Under the pieces are notes generated by a model. That model worked only from the letters and a program-made list of their open reading frames with translations, searched no databases and was not told the DNA's origin. From the NCBI GenBank assembly GCA_036279335.1, contig DASUJJ010000242.1, forward strand, positions 10,040 through 34,039: a stretch of 24,000 nt of DNA, given 5' to 3'. Position numbers and translations under genes: made by a program. Shown here one piece after another: positions 19,686-24,000 of this stretch. This stretch comes from Dyella sp. GTDB taxonomy: Bacteria; Pseudomonadota; Gammaproteobacteria; Xanthomonadales; Rhodanobacteraceae. The stretch's first letter is position 1. Every line of letters starts with the position of its first letter.

Positions 19686-19860
19686 GAATCTCGTCCCACT
19701 CAGGCCAGCCCATGACGGGCGCCCGAAGCCTCCCTCACGCCTTCATGTGTCACCGGAAGCGCTCGGTTGGCCCGTTTTTATAGCACGGAAGCGTAGGCCA
19801 ACAACAAGGCCGCGTGTCCGGAGCGTGAAGCAATCGTGGGTACGAGCGTGAACGCGCCCA

Positions 19861-19896
19861 CAAGAAAAAACGGCCACGCTGTGAAGCGTGGCCGTT
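19861..19896 (-). terminator. rho-independent terminator of lpxC
   Basis: Perfect 12-bp stem AACGGCCACGCT / AGCGTGGCCGTT (19869..19880 and 19885..19896) with a 4-nt loop. On the minus strand it is followed by TTTTCTTG. It lies 33 nt after the lpxC stop. Confidence 0.75.
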
Positions 19897-19929
19897 GTGT
19901 TGGCTCGACGGGCGGCGGGGGATCGCGGG

Positions 19930-20844
19930 TCAGATCGCCTGCGCCGGATGGGCGTAGGAGATCGGTGCGGTCGCCGGATCGTCCTCGTACACCACCTCTT
20001 CCCACGCATCGGGCTGGGCGATCAGCGTGCGCAGGAGCTTGTTGTTGAGCTCGTGGCCCGACTTGTGCGCGAAATAGGCGCCCACCAGGCTGTGGCCGAG
20101 CAGGTAGAGGTCGCCGATGGCGTCGAGAATCTTGTGCTTGACGAACTCGTCCTCGTAGCGGAGGCCGTCTTCGTTGAGCACGCGGTAGTCGTCCAGCACC
20201 ACGGCATTGTCCATCGAGCCGCCCAGCGCGAGGTTGTGCTCGCGAAGCATCTCGATGTCACGCATGAATCCGAACGTACGGGCGCGGCTGACTTCCTTGA
20301 CGAAGGACGTGGTGGAAAAGTCGATCTCCGCCCGCGAGGTGCGCTTGTTGATGATCGGGTGGTTGAACTCGATCGAGAAGCCGACCTTGAAGCCCTCGAA
20401 CGGCTCGAAGCTGGCCCACTTGTCGCCTTCCTGCACCTTGATCGGCTTCTTGATGCGGATGAAGCGCTTGGCCACGTCCTGCTCTTCAATGCCGGCGGAC
20501 TGCAGCAGGAACACGAACGGGCCGGCGCTGCCGTCCATGATCGGCACTTCCGGGGCGGACAGGTCGACGTAGGCGTTGTCGATGCCCAGACCGGCCATCG
20601 CCGACAGCAGGTGCTCGACCGTCGACACGCGCACATCGCCGTTGACCAGGGTGGTGGACAGCCGCGTATCGCCCACGCAATCCGGACGCGCGTGGATGTC
20701 GACCGGCGGATTCAGGTCGGTGCGACGAAACACGATGCCGGTATTGGGCGCCGCCGGGCGCAGGGTCATGTAGACCTTGTCGCCGGTATGCAAGCCCACG
20801 CCGGTCGCGCGGATGATGTTCTTGAGCGTACGCTGCTTGATCAT
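19930..20844 (-). CDS. lpxC: UDP-3-O-acyl-N-acetylglucosamine deacetylase
   Basis: Start at [24 protein letters not shown] (ATG 20844), 304 aa. Contains [17 protein letters not shown] and [15 protein letters not shown]. Canonical position after ftsZ. Confidence 0.95.
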   Translation of the reverse strand: MIKQRTLKNIIRATGVGLHTGDKVYMTLRPAAPNTGIVFRRTDLNPPVDIHARPDCVGDTRLSTTLVNGDVRVSTVEHLLSAMAGLGIDNAYVDLSAPEVPIMDGSAGPFVFLLQSAGIEEQDVAKRFIRIKKPIKVQEGDKWASFEPFEGFKVGFSIEFNHPIINKRTSRAEIDFSTTSFVKEVSRARTFGFMRDIEMLREHNLALGGSMDNAVVLDDYRVLNEDGLRYEDEFVKHKILDAIGDLYLLGHSLVGAYFAHKSGHELNNKLLRTLIAQPDAWEEVVYEDDPATAPISYAHPAQAI

Positions 20845-20888
20845 TATTTTCGGGCACCTGTGGACGGCAGCATCCAGAATGACCCCGA

Positions 20889-20916
20889 ATGCTAACACAG
20901 TCTTAACCTCTGACAA
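20889..20916 (-). promoter_or_regulatory. candidate lpxC promoter
   Basis: On the minus strand: TTGTCA (rc of 20911..20916), a 16-nt spacer ending in TGT (extended -10 like), then TAGCAT (rc of 20889..20894). It lies in an AT-enriched patch about 45 nt upstream of the lpxC ATG. Confidence 0.35.
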
Positions 20917-21024
20917 TAGCAAACCGGACCGTACAGTCTTTAGCTTGCCTTCATGCTGCGAGGAAACCTGGATTCGCCGACCGTGGCCGTGGATACCCAC
21001 GAATCAGTGACTTACAGAAACAGC

Positions 21025-21060
21025 GCTCCATGACCGGGGACGGGAGTCCGGTCATGGAGC
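21025..21060 (-). terminator. strong hairpin (terminator/attenuator) downstream of ftsZ
   Basis: Perfect 13-bp inverted repeat GCTCCATGACCGG (21025..21037) / CCGGTCATGGAGC (21048..21060) with a 10-nt loop. On the minus strand it is followed by GCTGTTTCTGT. It lies about 180 nt after the ftsZ stop and about 180 nt before the lpxC start. Confidence 0.5.
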
Positions 21061-21240
21061 TCACTGCGAGTCATCCCGACGCGCAGCTTTTGCAATCGCC
21101 TTCACATTTGCGAAGACGCCAACGACGCCGAAAGCAGGCGACAGGCCGATACCCGACACACCACATCCGGGCAGGAATCATCGAGAACGATGAGACCAAG
21201 ACCCGTGCGGTTGGTTCCGACCCGCGCGCCGCCCCGCCGC

Positions 21241-22425
21241 TCAGTCCGCCTGACGACGCAGGAAAGCGGGGATGTCGAGGTAATCGAACGTCGAATCCGC
21301 CGCCTTGGCCGGCGCGCTGTCGTGGCGGGTGGTCGTGCTGGTGACCACGTCCGGCTGGGCGTAGTCCACCACCTCGTTGCCGGTGCCGGTACGCAGCACC
21401 ACCGGACGCGGACGCTGGCGCATCTCCACCTGCTGGGTCTGCACCGGGCGCACCGGCTGGCGCACGTTGGCGCGGTTGAGGCCGGTCGCCACCACCGTCA
21501 CGCGCACGTCGTCCTGCATCTCGGGGTCGAGCGAGGTGCCGATCACCACGGTGGCGTCCTCGCTGGCGAAGTCGTGGATCACCCGGCCGATCTCGTCAAA
21601 CTCGCGCATGGTGAGGTTGGGGCCGGCGGTGACGTTGACCAGGATACCGCAGGCGCCGTTGAGGTTCACGTCCTCCAGCAGCGGGTTGTTGATCGCCGCC
21701 TCGGCCGCCGCCTGGGCGCGATCGTCGCCGCGGGCGGTGCCCGAGCCCATCATCGCCATGCCCATTTCGGACATCACGGTACGCACGTCGGCGAAGTCGA
21801 CGTTGATCAGGCCCGGCGCCGTGATCAGGTCGGCAATGCCCTGCACGGCGCCCTGCAGCACGTCGTTGGCGGCCTTGAAGGCGTTCAGCAGGGTGACTTC
21901 GCGACCCAGTACCGACAGCAGCTTCTCGTTCGGCACGGTGATCAGCGAGTCGACGTGTTGGGACAGGTCCTCGATGCCCTTCAAGGCAACCTGCATGCGG
22001 CGACGGCCCTCGAACGGGAACGGCTTGGTGACCACCGCGACCGTGAGGATGCCCTTCTCCTTGGCCAGCTGCGCCACCACCGGCGCGGCGCCGGTGCCGG
22101 TGCCGCCGCCCATGCCGGCGGTGATGAACACCATGTCGGCGCCCTCGAGCATTTCCTCGATGCGCTCGCGGTCTTCCAGCGCCGCCTGGCGGCCGACCTC
22201 GGGATTGGCGCCCGCACCCAGGCCCTTGGTGACATTGACACCGAGCTGCAGGTGAGTGCGCGAGCCGCAGCTCTTCATCGCCTGCGCGTCGGTGTTGGCG
22301 ACGACGAACTCGACGCCTTCGATGTTGGCATTGAGCATGTGCGCCACGGCGTTGCCGCCGCCGCCGCCCACGCCGATGACCTTGATGACTGCGTTGGGGG
22401 TCAATTTTTCGATCAGTTCAAACAT
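21241..22425 (-). CDS. ftsZ: cell-division tubulin homologue FtsZ
   Basis: 394 aa. [10 protein letters not shown] tubulin signature, the NTDAQ and [10 protein letters not shown] motifs, and the conserved C-terminal peptide [20 protein letters not shown] sits 7 nt upstream of the ATG. Confidence 0.97.
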   Translation of the reverse strand: MFELIEKLTPNAVIKVIGVGGGGGNAVAHMLNANIEGVEFVVANTDAQAMKSCGSRTHLQLGVNVTKGLGAGANPEVGRQAALEDRERIEEMLEGADMVFITAGMGGGTGTGAAPVVAQLAKEKGILTVAVVTKPFPFEGRRRMQVALKGIEDLSQHVDSLITVPNEKLLSVLGREVTLLNAFKAANDVLQGAVQGIADLITAPGLINVDFADVRTVMSEMGMAMMGSGTARGDDRAQAAAEAAINNPLLEDVNLNGACGILVNVTAGPNLTMREFDEIGRVIHDFASEDATVVIGTSLDPEMQDDVRVTVVATGLNRANVRQPVRPVQTQQVEMRQRPRPVVLRTGTGNEVVDYAQPDVVTSTTTRHDSAPAKAADSTFDYLDIPAFLRRQAD

Positions 22426-22541
22426 TTCCCGTCCTCCATAGAACTTTAGTTGTTGTAACCGCGGCGGATGACTCCTGTCGGGCCGTGGTGATGGGCGTTT
22501 CCCTGCGCCCGTGGCGACGCGTCCGGCGTCGCCAAATGCAG

Positions 22542-23777
22542 TCAGAAATTCTTCTTGAACCAGCCGCGCAGCTTGTCCAGCGGGCCGCCGATGGCGCCGC
22601 CCACCGGGCTGCCGGTGCGCAGTGCGCCGCCCGTGCGCGCACCGTGCAGCAGCAGGCCGACGCCGGTCGAATGCAGCGGGTTGGACATCACCTCGCCGAG
22701 CCCGGCCACGTGCTGCGGCACGCCCACGCGCACCATCTTGTGGAACAGCTCCTCGGCCAGCTCCAGCGCGCCCTCCATGCGGGCGGCGCCACCGGTGAGC
22801 ACGATGCCGGCGGCGATCAGGCTGTCGTAGCCGGAGCGGCGCAGCTCGTCCTGCACCATCTCGAAGATTTCCTCGTAGCGCGCCTGCACGCTCTGCGCGA
22901 GCGACTGGCGGGCCAGCCGGCGCGGCGGACGGTCGCCCACGCTGGGCACCTGGATGGTTTCGTCGGCGTGCGCGAACTGGGCCAGCGCGCAGGCGTACTT
23001 GATCTTGATCTCCTCGGCATGCGCCGTCGGCGTGTGCACGCCGTAGGCGATGTCGTTGGTGACCTGGTCACCGCCCACCGGCAGCGACTTGGTGTAGCGG
23101 ATCGCCCCCTGGGTGTAGATGGCGATGTCGGTGGTGCCCGCGCCGATGTCGACCAGGCACACGCCCAGCTCGCGCTCGTCGTCGGTCAGCACCGACTTGG
23201 CGCTGGCCACTGCCGAGGGCACCAGCTCGTCCACCGACAACCCGCAGCGCTGGATGCACTTGGTGATGTTCTGCACCGCGGCCGCCGCACCGGTGACCAG
23301 GTGCACCGACGCTTCCAGCCGCACGCCGCTCATGCCCACCGGCGAACGGATGCCGTCCTGGCCGTCGATGCGGTATTCCTGCGACTCCTTGTAGAGCACC
23401 TTGCGGTCGGCCGGGATCGCCACCGCGCTGGCGGCCTCCAGCACCTGATCGAGGTCGTTGGCGGTCACTTCGCGGTCTCGGATCGCCGCGGTGCCGTGCG
23501 AGTTGCGCGTTTCCAGGTGGCTGCCGGAAATCGAGGCGAACACCGAGCGGATGTCGCAGCCAGCCATCAACTCGGCCTCTTCTACCGCCCGCTGAATCGA
23601 GTGCACGGTGGATTCGATGTCCACCACCGAGCCGCGCTTGAGCCCGCGCGACACGTGCGAGCCGATGCCGATCACCTCGATCGGCTCCCCCGGCTCGTAC
23701 TCGCCGACGATCGCCACCACCTTGGAGGTGCCGATATCCAGGCCGACGACCAGCTGCTTTTCGTTACGCGTCTTCAT
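22542..23777 (-). CDS. ftsA: cell-division protein FtsA (actin-like ATPase)
   Basis: 411 aa, with [34 protein letters not shown] and GIVLTGGAA. Located between ftsQ and ftsZ. Confidence 0.96.
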   Translation of the reverse strand: MKTRNEKQLVVGLDIGTSKVVAIVGEYEPGEPIEVIGIGSHVSRGLKRGSVVDIESTVHSIQRAVEEAELMAGCDIRSVFASISGSHLETRNSHGTAAIRDREVTANDLDQVLEAASAVAIPADRKVLYKESQEYRIDGQDGIRSPVGMSGVRLEASVHLVTGAAAAVQNITKCIQRCGLSVDELVPSAVASAKSVLTDDERELGVCLVDIGAGTTDIAIYTQGAIRYTKSLPVGGDQVTNDIAYGVHTPTAHAEEIKIKYACALAQFAHADETIQVPSVGDRPPRRLARQSLAQSVQARYEEIFEMVQDELRRSGYDSLIAAGIVLTGGAARMEGALELAEELFHKMVRVGVPQHVAGLGEVMSNPLHSTGVGLLLHGARTGGALRTGSPVGGAIGGPLDKLRGWFKKNF

Positions 23778-23805
23778 AGGCCGGACTCAATGGGGCAATG
23801 CTTCG

Positions 23806-24000
23806 TCATGTGCGGGGCGCACCCTTGTCGGTGGCGGAGGCGTCGGACGGCAGCCAGCGCACGGCAAAGCCGTTGGTGTAGCGGAGATCGGCGTAGGCAA
23901 ATCCGGTGGTGTGACCCGCGACCACCTGGGGATAGACGTCGAGGAAGCGGCGCAGGCGACGCGCTGCCTGCTCACGGTCGCCCAGCACGATCTGCGCCCC
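23806..24000 (-). CDS. ftsQ: cell-division protein FtsQ, C-terminal part (gene continues beyond the right edge)
   Basis: The frame is open to the window edge. The C-terminus ...IVLGDREQAARRLRRFLDVYPQVV...ADLRYTNGFAVRW is typical of the FtsQ beta domain. The stop is 28 nt before the ftsA ATG. Confidence 0.85.
   Translation of the reverse strand, partial: GAQIVLGDREQAARRLRRFLDVYPQVVAGHTTGFAYADLRYTNGFAVRWLPSDASATDKGAPRT

Noticed and set aside
19888-22449. 335-aa and 419-aa + strand ORFs antisense to lpxC and ftsZ, plus the 104-aa ORF 21030..21344.
   Set aside because: They are antisense or off-frame to highly conserved genes, have low-complexity translations, and lack SD sequences.
22513-22533. 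8-bp hairpin GGCGACGC/GCGTCGCC just after the ftsA stop, considered as a terminator between ftsA and ftsZ.
   Set aside because: No U tract follows on the coding strand, and ftsZ is normally co-transcribed with ftsA. At most it is a processing or stability element.

Overview
This is a very GC-rich window (visibly above 65%, not computed). Its gene content and order look like a core chromosomal segment of a Xanthomonadales-type gammaproteobacterium; that taxon call is inference. Nearly every base is explained by recognisable housekeeping genes.

Gene order, left to right:
- An MFS transporter (-), divergent from ispB (+).
- A secreted dienelactone-hydrolase-family protein and two translationally coupled UbiH/UbiI-type flavin monooxygenases (all -).
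- A tightly packed three-gene unit on +: a small six-TM membrane protein, a PduO-type ATP:cob(I)alamin adenosyltransferase and an HDAC-family amidohydrolase.
- The classical lptD-surA-pdxA-rsmA-apaG-apaH operon (+), ending in a bidirectional terminator shared with secA (-).
- An M23 metallopeptidase (-), divergent from a DUF721/DciA-like gene (+).
- The distal end of the dcw cluster, ftsQ(partial)-ftsA-ftsZ, followed by lpxC (all -).

I saw no tRNA or rRNA genes, CRISPR arrays, IS or transposon ends, integrases, toxin-antitoxin pairs or defence genes.

The many long ORFs antisense to these genes are typical high-GC artefacts. I do not see a convincing wholly novel system here.

The least-characterised part is the membrane protein / adenosyltransferase / HDAC-like module and its 291-nt structured leader. 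I interpret these tentatively as a BtuM-like B12 salvage unit, possibly under a divergent cobalamin riboswitch. The other findings are small regulatory oddities of low to moderate interest.
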